From an uncultured delta proteobacterium (GTDB lineage Bacteria; Desulfobacterota; Binatia; DP-6), in assembly GCA_963815115.1 (NCBI GenBank), contig CAWFFN010000005.1:288001-352000 (forward strand): a stretch of DNA of 64,000 bases. Reading direction: 5' to 3'. Each line of letters starts with the position of its first letter. Within the stretch, counting starts at the first letter, position 1. A model generated the notes under the pieces. It searched no databases. It was not told the DNA's origin and worked only from the letters and a program-made list of their open reading frames with translations. Made by a program: the position numbers and the translations under genes. Positions 27,060-36,044 of the stretch are shown in pieces.

Positions 27060-28667
27060 ATGTCCCCGTCGGAAAAGAGCCTCATCCTGGTGGTCGACGA
27101 CAACGAGGTGGGGCGCTACACGAAAACGCGCATCCTGCGCGACGCGGGGTACGAGGTCATCGAGACGGCGACCGGTGACAGCGCCCTGCGCCTGACCGTC
27201 GAGCGCGCGCCGCGGCTGATCCTCCTCGACGTGAATCTGCCCGGGGTGGACGGATTGGAGGTGTGCCGGCGTCTCAAGGCCGATCCCGCCACGGCCTCGG
27301 TGGCCGTTCTCCAGGTCTCGGCCACCCACGTACGAGAGGAGGACACGGTCCGCGCCCTCGAGGGCGGGGCCGACGCTTCCCTCACCGAGCCGATCGAGCC
27401 GGCGGTCCTGGTCGCGACCGTGCGGGCGCTGCTGCGCGCGCGCCTGGCGGAGGACGCCCTGCGCGAGGCGCTGGCGCGCGAACAGGTCACGCGCGCGGCC
27501 GCGGAGGCCGCCAACCGCACGAAGGACGAGTTCCTCGCGACGCTGTCGCACGAGCTGCGCTCGCCGCTGGGGGTGATCCTCACCTGGGTGGCGCTCCTGC
27601 GCTCGGGCCGCATCGACGAGGCCGGGAAGAGCCGCGCACTCGAAGCGATCGAGCGCAACACCCGGCACCAGGCGAAGCTGATCGAGGACCTGCTCGACGT
27701 GTCGCGCATCATCTCGGGCAAGATGCACCTCGACGTCGGTATCGTGAGCCTGACCGACGTGGTCGAGGCGGCCCTCGAGGGCGTGCGCCACGCCGCCGAC
27801 GCGAAAGCCATCCGCATCGAGGTCGTCCCGGACGCGGCGGTGGCGCCGGTATCGGGAGACCCGGCACGCCTGCAGCAGGTGATCTGGAACCTCCTCTCCA
27901 ACGCCATCAAGTTCACGTCGCGGGGCGGCCGGGTGACCGTGCATGTCGAGCGAGTGCAGTCGCATGCGCAGATCGAGGTCAAGGACAGCGGTCGCGGCAT
28001 CGACCCCGCCTTCCTGCCCCACATCTTCGAACGCTTCCGGCAGGCGGACTCGTCGACGACGCGCTCCGACGGGGGCCTCGGTCTCGGGCTCGCCATCGTG
28101 CGTCACCTCGTCGAGCTGCACGGCGGGACCGTCCGGGCAGAAAGCGGCGGGTTCGGGGAGGGAAGCACGTTCACGGTGCGCCTGCCGCTCCGGGCCGTCG
28201 ACTTCCCCGCTACCGCGGCGCTCCCGGTCCGCACCTCGCGACCGCCTACGCCGGCCCTCCCTCTGCCCGACCTGAACGGCGTGCACGTGCTGGTGCTCGA
28301 CGACGAGCCCGACGCGCGCGAGGCGCTCGCCGCGGTGCTGGAAGGCTGCTCGGCGCGGGTAACGGCGGTGGCGACGGTCCGGGAAGGGCTGGCTGCCGTC
28401 GAGCGCGGCGAGGCACAGGTCGTCGTGAGCGACATCGCGATGCCGAGCGAGGACGGCTATCGCTTCATCGTCGAGCTGCGCCAGCTGCCCGCGGACCGGG
28501 GTGGCACGCTGCCGGTCATCGCGCTCACCGCGCATGCGGGGGTCCACGAGCGCCAGCGGATTCTTGCGGCCGGCTTCGACGAGTATCTCGCGAAGCCGAT
28601 CGAGCCGCGCGAGCTGGTGGCCACCGTCGCCCGCATGGCGGCGCGCTCGAGCCCGGCGCCGACCTGA
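27060..28667 (+). CDS. Hybrid kinase REC-HisKA-HATPase-REC
   Basis: LVVDDN; LSHELRSPL; NAIKFT; GLGLGL; VLDDEPD...LAKP. Confidence 0.92.
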   Translation: MSPSEKSLILVVDDNEVGRYTKTRILRDAGYEVIETATGDSALRLTVERAPRLILLDVNLPGVDGLEVCRRLKADPATASVAVLQVSATHVREEDTVRALEGGADASLTEPIEPAVLVATVRALLRARLAEDALREALAREQVTRAAAEAANRTKDEFLATLSHELRSPLGVILTWVALLRSGRIDEAGKSRALEAIERNTRHQAKLIEDLLDVSRIISGKMHLDVGIVSLTDVVEAALEGVRHAADAKAIRIEVVPDAAVAPVSGDPARLQQVIWNLLSNAIKFTSRGGRVTVHVERVQSHAQIEVKDSGRGIDPAFLPHIFERFRQADSSTTRSDGGLGLGLAIVRHLVELHGGTVRAESGGFGEGSTFTVRLPLRAVDFPATAALPVRTSRPPTPALPLPDLNGVHVLVLDDEPDAREALAAVLEGCSARVTAVATVREGLAAVERGEAQVVVSDIAMPSEDGYRFIVELRQLPADRGGTLPVIALTAHAGVHERQRILAAGFDEYLAKPIEPRELVATVARMAARSSPAPT

Positions 28668-28823
28668 CGCCGGGCGGCCGGTGTGAGCGGTCAACCGGAT
28701 GGCCCGCCGCTACGTTGCCTGGAATCGAGGAGTCGTCCTGGTGGACCGGATCGCATACCTCCCGCCCGTATTCCGGGGATCCTGGGCACGACTGCCCGCG
28801 TCTGGGGCCGGCCACCGAGCGAG

Positions 28824-30068
28824 ATGACGGGCCGCGTCCGTACGTGGTCCATCGCGCTGGGGCTGATCCTGGCGGGCGCGCTGGGGTATTCCTACTGGCG
28901 GCGGGGACCGCAGGCCCCGGCCTACGTCACCGCAGAGGTCACGCGCGGACCGGTCGTCCGCACCATCACGACCACCGGCGCCGTCGACCCCGTCATCACC
29001 GTCCAGGTGGGGGCGTACGTCTCGGGCACGATCCAGGCCTCCTACTGCGACTACAACACCCAGGTGAAGCCGGGCCAGCTGTGCGCCAAGATCGATCCTC
29101 GCCCCTACCAGGTCGTCGTGGACCAGGATGCCGCCAACCTGGCGAACGCCCAGGCACAGCTGAAGAAGGACGAGGCGAGCCTGACGTACGCCAGGATCAG
29201 CTACCAGCGCGATCAGGGGTTGCTCGGCCGCGGGATCGTGTCGCGGGACACCGTCGACAACGACAAGAGCACGTACGATCAGGCCGTCGCCCAGGTGAAG
29301 GTCGACGAGTCGACCATCCAGCAACGCCAGGCGGAGCTGCACGCGGCGCAGGTGAATCTCGACTACACCAACATCATCTCGCCGGTGGAGGGAACCGTCG
29401 TCTCCCGCAACATCACCATCGGACAGACCGTCGCGGCGAGCTTCCAGACGCCCACCCTGTTCCTCATCGCCCAGGACCTCACCAAGATGCAGGTCGACAC
29501 CAACGTGAGCGAGACCGACGTCGGCAATGCCAGGGTGGGCCAGAAGGCGTCGTTCACCGTCGAGGCGTATCCGGAACGGACCTTCTGGGGCACGGTCGCG
29601 CAGGTCCGCGAGGCCCCGATCACGGTGCAGAACGTCGTGACCTACGACGTCGTGGTGAGCGTCGACAACCCGGACTTCGCACTCCTGCCCGGGATGACGG
29701 CGAACACGCGCATCGTCACCGAGGAGCGTGACGACGTGGTGCGGGTGCCGCTGAAGGCGCTGCGGTTCGCGCCCCGCGGGGTGGAACACGCCGACACGCA
29801 CCCGCGGGGCGACTCTGCAGCGAGCGCGTCCGAGCGGCCGGCCGGCCGTCACAAGGGCGATGCGGCGGGCGTGTGGGTGCTGCGGGATGGCTCCCCGGCG
29901 CGCGTCCCGGTCGTCACCGGCCTGACCGACGCCACCTTCGCGGAGGTGTCACGGGGTGATCTCCAGCCCGGCGATCACGTGATCGTCGACCAGGTCACTC
30001 ACGAGCAGTCGGAAGCCAGGCCGAATCCGCAGGGCGCCGCCGCACGGCCGCGCTTCCGCGGCTTCTGA
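28824..30068 (+). CDS. MacA-like efflux periplasmic adaptor
   Basis: N-terminal TM, VQVGAYVSG, IISPVEGTV, GQTVAASFQTP, LLPGMTA. Confidence 0.9.
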   Translation: MTGRVRTWSIALGLILAGALGYSYWRRGPQAPAYVTAEVTRGPVVRTITTTGAVDPVITVQVGAYVSGTIQASYCDYNTQVKPGQLCAKIDPRPYQVVVDQDAANLANAQAQLKKDEASLTYARISYQRDQGLLGRGIVSRDTVDNDKSTYDQAVAQVKVDESTIQQRQAELHAAQVNLDYTNIISPVEGTVVSRNITIGQTVAASFQTPTLFLIAQDLTKMQVDTNVSETDVGNARVGQKASFTVEAYPERTFWGTVAQVREAPITVQNVVTYDVVVSVDNPDFALLPGMTANTRIVTEERDDVVRVPLKALRFAPRGVEHADTHPRGDSAASASERPAGRHKGDAAGVWVLRDGSPARVPVVTGLTDATFAEVSRGDLQPGDHVIVDQVTHEQSEARPNPQGAAARPRFRGF

Positions 30069-30082
30069 CGGGTGGTCGGACC

Positions 30083-32164
30083 GTGTCCGGACCGATCATC
30101 GACGTGCGCGACGTCAGCAAGGTCTACCGGCTCGGCGACGTCGAGGTCCACGCGCTGCGCGGGGTCAGCCTCACCGTGCAGCAGGGGGATTTCGTCGCGA
30201 TCATGGGGGCGTCCGGATCGGGCAAGTCGACGCTGATGCACATCCTCGGCTGCCTCGACCGACCGACCGGCGGGCAATACCTGCTCGAGGGCGTCGACGT
30301 CGCGGCCCTGGACGAATCGGCGCTGGCTCGCATCCGGAGCCGTCGCATCGGGTTCGTGTTCCAGAGCTTCAACCTGCTCGCACGGGCCAGCGCGCTCGAG
30401 AACGTCTCGCTGCCGCTCTTCTACTCGGGGTGGTCGTCGGACAGCACGGCACGCGCACGCGAGGCGCTGCACCTCCTCGGCCTGCAAGGTCGCGAGCACA
30501 GCTTCCCGAGCCAGCTCTCCGGCGGCCAGCAGCAGCGCGTGGCGATCGCGCGCGCCCTGATCAACGACCCGGCCATCCTGCTGGCAGACGAGCCGACGGG
30601 GAATCTCGACTCGCAGACGGCGGGCGAGATCATGACCACCATCCGGGCGCTCAACCGCGAGCGCGGCGTCACGGTCGTCCTGGTGACCCACGAGCCCGAC
30701 ATGGCGGCGTTCGCCGATCGCGTGATCACCGTGCGTGACGGGCTCATCGTCTCCGACCGGCGCACTGCCCCGCCGCCGGTGATGCCGTCGCGCGCGCCGG
30801 CGGATGGCGTCACCTCGGCCGCGCGAGACGCCTCGGCTCCCACCCTGGGCACGGCGTGGTCGTTCGGCCGCATGGCGCTGGTCGCCGCGGCGCGCGCGCT
30901 CGCGCGCAACAAGCTGCGCTCGGCGCTGACCGTGCTCGGGGTCTTCATCGGCGTCGCGGCGCTCATCGCGATGGTGGCCGTGGGGCAGGGGGCGAACGCG
31001 GCCGTGGAAGCCGAGATCGCCAGCCTCGGCACCAACCTGCTCGTCGTCCTGCCCGGGGCCACGACCAGCAGCGGCGTGCGGGCGGGATTCGGCAGCGCGT
31101 CGACGCTCACCGTGGGCGACGCGGAGGCGATCCTGCGGGACGATGCTGCCGTCTCCGCCGTCGGCTATCTCGACCGCCAGGTCGCACAGGTCACGTACGG
31201 GAACCAGAACTGGAGCACCAGCATCCAGGGGGTCACGCCGAGCTATCTGCCGATCAGGAACTGGGGGGTCGCCGCGGGCCGCGCGCTGTCCGAGGCGGAC
31301 GAACGGGACGCCGCCCGCGTCTGTCTCCTCGGCCCGACGGTACTGAAGAACCTGTTCGGCGAGCATCAGGATCCGGTCGGCGCCACGGTGCTGGTGAAAG
31401 GCGTCCCGATGGAGGTGATCGGGGTCCTCGCGAGCAAGGGGCAGTCCGGCTTCGGGCAGGATCAGGACGACGTGATCATGATCCCGTTCACGACGGCGGA
31501 GCTCAAGGTGCTGGGGGTGGCCGCGCCCAGCACCGTGGCGGCGTCGACCAACCCGCTCTTCGTGGCGCCCGTCAATCCGCTCGGCATCCAGCCGAAGCTG
31601 ACCGGCTTCGTCCACAACGTCTACGTTCAGGCGCGAAGCCCCGGGCAGGTGCAGGGCGCGTTGCGCCAGATCACGGAGACGCTGTCGCAGCGTCATCACA
31701 TCCAGCCGGGGCAGACCAAGGACTTCAGCGTCAACAACCTGAGCGACATCACGAGCGCTGCCGAGGACAGCAGCCGCGTCATGGCGCTGCTCCTGGCGAC
31801 GGTGGCCTCGATCTCCCTCGTCGTCGGCGGCATCGGCATCATGAACATCCTCCTCGTGTCGGTGACCGAGCGGACGCGAGAGATCGGCATCCGCATGGCG
31901 ATCGGGGCTCGGCGGGTGCACGTCCTCCTGCAGTTCCTGGTCGAGGCGGTGCTGCTCAGCGCCATCGGCGGCGGCAGCGGCGTGCTGACGGGAAACGCCG
32001 TGTCGCGGGCGATCTCTGCCGTGGCGGGCTGGCCGACGCTGGTGTCGTCGACGGCGATGGCGGGGGCGTTCGTCTTCTCGGCGGCCATCGGCGTCTTCTT
32101 CGGCTACTATCCGGCCCGGCGCGCGTCGCGGCTGAATCCCATCGAAGCGCTGCGCTACGAGTGA
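30083..32164 (+). CDS. MacB-like ABC transporter (fused ATPase + permease)
   Basis: GASGSGKST, LSGGQQQRV, LADEPTGNLD, VGGIGIMNI, ERTREIG, PIEALRYE. Confidence 0.93.
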   Translation: MSGPIIDVRDVSKVYRLGDVEVHALRGVSLTVQQGDFVAIMGASGSGKSTLMHILGCLDRPTGGQYLLEGVDVAALDESALARIRSRRIGFVFQSFNLLARASALENVSLPLFYSGWSSDSTARAREALHLLGLQGREHSFPSQLSGGQQQRVAIARALINDPAILLADEPTGNLDSQTAGEIMTTIRALNRERGVTVVLVTHEPDMAAFADRVITVRDGLIVSDRRTAPPPVMPSRAPADGVTSAARDASAPTLGTAWSFGRMALVAAARALARNKLRSALTVLGVFIGVAALIAMVAVGQGANAAVEAEIASLGTNLLVVLPGATTSSGVRAGFGSASTLTVGDAEAILRDDAAVSAVGYLDRQVAQVTYGNQNWSTSIQGVTPSYLPIRNWGVAAGRALSEADERDAARVCLLGPTVLKNLFGEHQDPVGATVLVKGVPMEVIGVLASKGQSGFGQDQDDVIMIPFTTAELKVLGVAAPSTVAASTNPLFVAPVNPLGIQPKLTGFVHNVYVQARSPGQVQGALRQITETLSQRHHIQPGQTKDFSVNNLSDITSAAEDSSRVMALLLATVASISLVVGGIGIMNILLVSVTERTREIGIRMAIGARRVHVLLQFLVEAVLLSAIGGGSGVLTGNAVSRAISAVAGWPTLVSSTAMAGAFVFSAAIGVFFGYYPARRASRLNPIEALRYE

Positions 32165-32179
32165 GGACCGGCGGTGAGG

Positions 32180-33646
32180 ATGGCTGCGAGCGTGCGCGTT
32201 CTTTGCCTGGCCGGCCTGCTGAGCGGCTGCGCCGTCGGTCCGGACTGGGTACGTCCCGCGCCGCCAGCGGTCCAGGGATTCACCGCGACCGAGCTGCCCG
32301 GCGCGCTGGCGCCAGGCCAGGGCGAGGCGGAGCAGCACTTCGTCACGGGCGAGGAGATCTCGACGGACTGGTGGGAGCTCTTCCACTCCCCCGAGCTCTC
32401 GGACGCGGTTCGCGACGCGCTCGCCGGCAACCAGACGCTCGCCGCCGCCGAGGCGACCCTCGCGAGTGCCCAGGAAGCGCTGGCCCAGGCGCGGGCGGCG
32501 TTCTACCCGCAGATCAGCCTGACCGGGCAGGCCGAGCGCCAGAAGACCGCGCTGCGCGGCAACACCTCGAAACAGACCCCGGCGTTCAACCTGTTCTCGC
32601 TGGGTCCGATGGTGAGCTATTCCCCCGACATCTTCGGGGGCACGCGGCGGCAGGTGGAGAAGCAGGCCGCGCTGGCGGACAACCAGAGCTACCAGCTCGC
32701 GGCCGCCTATCTCACGCTGACGGGCAACGTCGTGTCGCAGGCGATCGGCATCGCGGGGACCCGTCTCGAGATCGCCGCGACCGAGGAGATCATCGCCGAC
32801 GACGAGAAGAACCTCGACCTGGTGCAGGCCAAATACGAGGGCGGCAAGGCGGCGCACACCGACGTGCTCACCGCCGAGTCCCAGCTCATGAACGATCGGG
32901 TACTGCTCCCGCCCTTGCGCCAGCAGCTGAGCGTGGCGAACGACGCCCTGGCCATCCTCCTGGGGCGGTTCCCGGCCGAGTGGACGCCGCCCGAGTTCGA
33001 TCTGGATCGGCTGGTACTCCCGGGAGCGCTTCCCGTCAGCCTCCCGTCGGACCTGGTTCACCAGCGTCCCGACATCCTCGCCTCGGAGGCCAGCCTGCAC
33101 GCGGCGAGCGCGGCCATCGGCGTCGCCACCGCGCAGATGTATCCGTCGATCACCCTCTCGGGCTCGGTGGGATTCGAGACCTTCATGACGAGTGGCATGT
33201 CCGCGGCGACGAGCGAGATGTGGCAGCTCGCCACGGGTCTCAGCGCGCCGATCTTCGAGGGCGGCGCCCTGGCGGCCCAGAAGCGGGGAGCGGTCGACGA
33301 CTATCGCGGCGCCCTCGCCACGTACCAGCAGACGGTGCTGCAGGCGTTCGGGCAGGTCGCCGACACGCTGCAGGCGCTCGCGCACGACGCCGACCTGATC
33401 GCGGCGGCGCGTCATGCCCTCGACATCGCCACCGAGTCCCTGGCGCTACAGCAGCTCAGCTACCAGGCGGGAAAGTCCGACGTGCTGCTGCTCCTCGAGG
33501 CCCAGCGCCTCGCCCAGCAGGCACGCCTGGTCTACGCCCGCGCGCAGGCCCAGCGCTACCAGGACGCGGCGCAGCTGTTCGTCGCCATGGGGGGCCGATG
33601 GTGGACGGCGGGTCGGCTCGGTCCCGACGTCGCGGCGCGGGGCTGA
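32180..33646 (+). CDS. NodT/OprM family outer-membrane efflux lipoprotein
   Basis: LLSGC lipobox, GPD, WWELF, LPSDLVHQRPDI, AMGG.W. Confidence 0.92.
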   Translation: MAASVRVLCLAGLLSGCAVGPDWVRPAPPAVQGFTATELPGALAPGQGEAEQHFVTGEEISTDWWELFHSPELSDAVRDALAGNQTLAAAEATLASAQEALAQARAAFYPQISLTGQAERQKTALRGNTSKQTPAFNLFSLGPMVSYSPDIFGGTRRQVEKQAALADNQSYQLAAAYLTLTGNVVSQAIGIAGTRLEIAATEEIIADDEKNLDLVQAKYEGGKAAHTDVLTAESQLMNDRVLLPPLRQQLSVANDALAILLGRFPAEWTPPEFDLDRLVLPGALPVSLPSDLVHQRPDILASEASLHAASAAIGVATAQMYPSITLSGSVGFETFMTSGMSAATSEMWQLATGLSAPIFEGGALAAQKRGAVDDYRGALATYQQTVLQAFGQVADTLQALAHDADLIAAARHALDIATESLALQQLSYQAGKSDVLLLLEAQRLAQQARLVYARAQAQRYQDAAQLFVAMGGRWWTAGRLGPDVAARG

Positions 33647-33698
33647 GGCCGAAGCGGAGAGTCGTTGACCCAATTCATCCGGTGGCGCACAAGCGCGC

Positions 33699-34085
33699 AT
33701 GACCTTCCTGCGCCCGTACGAGCCCCAGACCCTCGCCTTGCTGCGCATCGTGGCGGGCTTCCTGTTTCTCTGGCACGGCATGCAGAAGCTGTTCGGGTTC
33801 CCTGGAGAGATGCCGCCCGGGGTCCCGGCCTTCATCACCTGGACCGCGGGGCCGATCGAGTTCTTCTGCGGCATCCTCGTCATGATCGGTCTCTTCACGC
33901 GCCCGGCCGCGTTCCTCGCGAGCGGTCTCATGGCCTTCGCCTACTGGATGGGACACGGCTGGCGGGCGCTGCTCCCGATCACGAATCAGGGCGAGCTCGC
34001 CGTGCTCTACTGCTTCACGTTCCTCTACATCGCCGCGCGCGGCGCAGGGCCCTGGAGCGCCGACGCGGCCCGCGGCGCGGGCTGA
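33699..34085 (+). CDS. DoxX family membrane protein
   Basis: LRIVAGFLFLWHGMQKLFG, GLFTRPAAF, N.GELA, GAGPWS.D. Confidence 0.9.
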   Translation: MTFLRPYEPQTLALLRIVAGFLFLWHGMQKLFGFPGEMPPGVPAFITWTAGPIEFFCGILVMIGLFTRPAAFLASGLMAFAYWMGHGWRALLPITNQGELAVLYCFTFLYIAARGAGPWSADAARGAG

Positions 34086-34168
34086 GTCGAGCGTGACGCG
34101 GTCGGGCCGCCGAGCCCGGGACTAGGAGCGCCCGCCGAGCCGCGAGGAACCCGCGCGGCGCGGATCCC

Positions 34169-34198
34169 TTGACAGGAACGCGCGCCGCGGGATATCGG
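34169..34198 (+). promoter_or_regulatory. Putative sigma70 promoter TTGACA-N18-TATCGG (probably leaderless)
   Basis: Perfect -35; the -10 ends 7 nt before ATG 34206. Confidence 0.5.
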
Positions 34199-34205
34199 CT
34201 GCCCG

Positions 34206-34604
34206 ATGAAATTGAAATCCATTCTCAGCGGCCTGGGTGGCATCTGTGCCCCCGGCCGCGGGAAGCTCGCCGCGATCGTCCCGGTCGCGCTGCTCGCGAG
34301 CGCGCTGGCCGCGCGCGCCGCCGACACCACCCAGGGGCAGGAGCAGCTCCCCGAGATCAAGGTGCAGCACGGGCGCTTCGAGCCCACCGAGCTGGTCGTG
34401 CCGGCGAATGCGGCGTTCAAGATCCGCGTGACCAACGGTGACGCCGAGGCGATCGAGTGGGAGAGCTTCGAGCTGCACCGCGAACGGGTGGTGCAGCCGG
34501 GAGAGACCATCACCGTCTTCATGCCGTCCCTGTCGCCCGGGACATACAAGTTCTTCGACGACTTCCATCGCGGGACGCCCGAGGGTGCGATCGTCGTCAA
34601 GTAG
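34206..34604 (+). CDS. Secreted cupredoxin-domain protein (FtrB/EfeO-Cup-like)
   Basis: Signal peptide; F.P..L.VPA, EWESFELHRERVV, GTYKFFDDFH. Confidence 0.82.
   Translation: MKLKSILSGLGGICAPGRGKLAAIVPVALLASALAARAADTTQGQEQLPEIKVQHGRFEPTELVVPANAAFKIRVTNGDAEAIEWESFELHRERVVQPGETITVFMPSLSPGTYKFFDDFHRGTPEGAIVVK
34213..34227. promoter_or_regulatory. Fur-box-like 7-1-7 site TGAAATC-C-ATTCTCA
   Basis: AT-rich patch in high-GC DNA; resembles TGATAAT-n-ATTATCA; upstream of iron-type genes. Confidence 0.6.
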
Positions 34605-34609
34605 GCTCG

Positions 34610-35062
34610 ATGCATCGCCTGACCAGGTTCCTGCTGCCGGCGGCCGCGGCCGTCGTCGCGATGCAGGTCGTGCGCTACCCGCGCACCAACCCTGCCGTCG
34701 AGAGCGACCTCGTGGCGCCGCCCGAGGTCAAGAACGTCCTGCACCACGCCTGCTACGACTGCCATTCGAACGAGACCGCGTGGCCCTGGTACACCGCGAT
34801 CGCCCCGGCGTCCTGGATCATTCATCACGACGTGGAGGAGGGGCGGCGGCGCCTGAACCTCTCGAGCTGGGCCGACTATGCGGAAGACCCGGGGACGAGA
34901 GCTCGGAAGCTCGACGAGATCTCGAAGGCCGTCGCGAGCACCGACATGCCCCCCTGGTACTACCGGATGCTGCATCCGGATGCCGCCCTGAGCGGAGACC
35001 AGCGTGCGCTCGTGGCGCGCTGGGCCACCCAGGAGATCGGCTCGGAGCCAGCATCCCCCTGA
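34610..35062 (+). CDS. Monohaem c-type haem-binding protein (Haem_bd-like)
   Basis: ACYDCHSNETAWPWY, EGRRRLN, distal MPPWYY..LHP. Confidence 0.85.
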   Translation: MHRLTRFLLPAAAAVVAMQVVRYPRTNPAVESDLVAPPEVKNVLHHACYDCHSNETAWPWYTAIAPASWIIHHDVEEGRRRLNLSSWADYAEDPGTRARKLDEISKAVASTDMPPWYYRMLHPDAALSGDQRALVARWATQEIGSEPASP

Positions 35063-35083
35063 CGACATGGAGGCACCTACCAG

Positions 35084-35887
35084 ATGCGACGAGTGACGAT
35101 GGCCTTCGCCCTCGCGGGCATGCTCCTGGCACGCAGGGCGCGGGCGCAGGTCGATCCATGGGAGTTCGAGGTCTATCCCGTCGAGACCCTCGGCAAGGGC
35201 GTTCTCGAGATCGAGTCACTGAACAGCGTCGTCGCGGACGGCCACGGCACGGGCGATGCCGGGACCTCGGCCGGGACCTTCAAGAGCCAGGGCATGTGGC
35301 GCACCTCCCTCGAGGTCACCTACGGTCTCACCGACAAGATCGAGGCGGCGGCCTATTTGCTTCTCGCCAGGCCCGACGGCGCGTGGCTCCAGTACGCCGG
35401 CTCGAAGTTCCGCCTGCGCGGCATGTTCTTCGATCCGGGCGAGTACTTCATCGACCTCGGCTGGTACGCCGAGATGGAGGTCCACCAGACGCCGCAATTC
35501 GACGACGCCGAGCTCGAGCTCGAGCTCCGGCCGATCATCGAGAAGGACATCGGCCGCGTCCAGCTCATCGCCGAACCGAAATTCGAGAAGCCGCTCGTCG
35601 CGCCGGACACGAGCGGCGGCTTCGAGTTCGGGTACGTCGCGGCGGCCTACTACAGCCTCTGGCGTGAGCTCTCTCCGGGTGTCGAGTTCTATGGCGGGAT
35701 CGGCCTGATGTCCGACGTCGATCCGATTCACGAGCAGCAGCACTACGTCTTCCCGGTGATCCGCGGCTACCTGCCACATGGCCTGGAGTACAACTTCGGC
35801 GTCGGCGTCGGCCTGACGCGAGGCTCGGACCAGGTCATCACCAAGCTCAACATCGAGTTCGAGCACTTCATCGGGACGTTGTTCTAG
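35084..35887 (+). CDS. Putative outer-membrane beta-barrel protein
   Basis: Signal peptide; alternating amphipathic beta-strands (LEVTYGLTD, ELELRPIIEK, GVEFYG, YNFGVGVGLT); C-terminal Phe. Confidence 0.65.
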   Translation: MRRVTMAFALAGMLLARRARAQVDPWEFEVYPVETLGKGVLEIESLNSVVADGHGTGDAGTSAGTFKSQGMWRTSLEVTYGLTDKIEAAAYLLLARPDGAWLQYAGSKFRLRGMFFDPGEYFIDLGWYAEMEVHQTPQFDDAELELELRPIIEKDIGRVQLIAEPKFEKPLVAPDTSGGFEFGYVAAAYYSLWRELSPGVEFYGGIGLMSDVDPIHEQQHYVFPVIRGYLPHGLEYNFGVGVGLTRGSDQVITKLNIEFEHFIGTLF

Positions 35888-36044
35888 CGGGACGTCGTGG
35901 TCGGCGGCCCGGGCCGCCGGCTGCCCGCGGGTGGGCCCAGACGCGCCGCTCCTTGTGCGCGAGGCTCCGGGCCGGGTAGCTCGGGGAAGCGCCGACGTCC
36001 TGGTGCACGGATTTCTGACCGACGATAGCTAGGCTCGACCTTCC

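Noticed and set aside
24870-28694. 1274-aa minus-strand ORF
   Set aside because: Antisense shadow of two well-formed kinases; Arg/Ala-rich with no motifs, typical of high-GC DNA
29999-33415. 1138-aa minus-strand ORF and 948-aa alternate plus frame
   Set aside because: Shadows of the MacB and OMF genes
35888-36044. CGGCGGCCCGGGCCGCCG palindrome between convergent genes
   Set aside because: Pure GC, no loop or U-tract and no second copy seen; too weak to call
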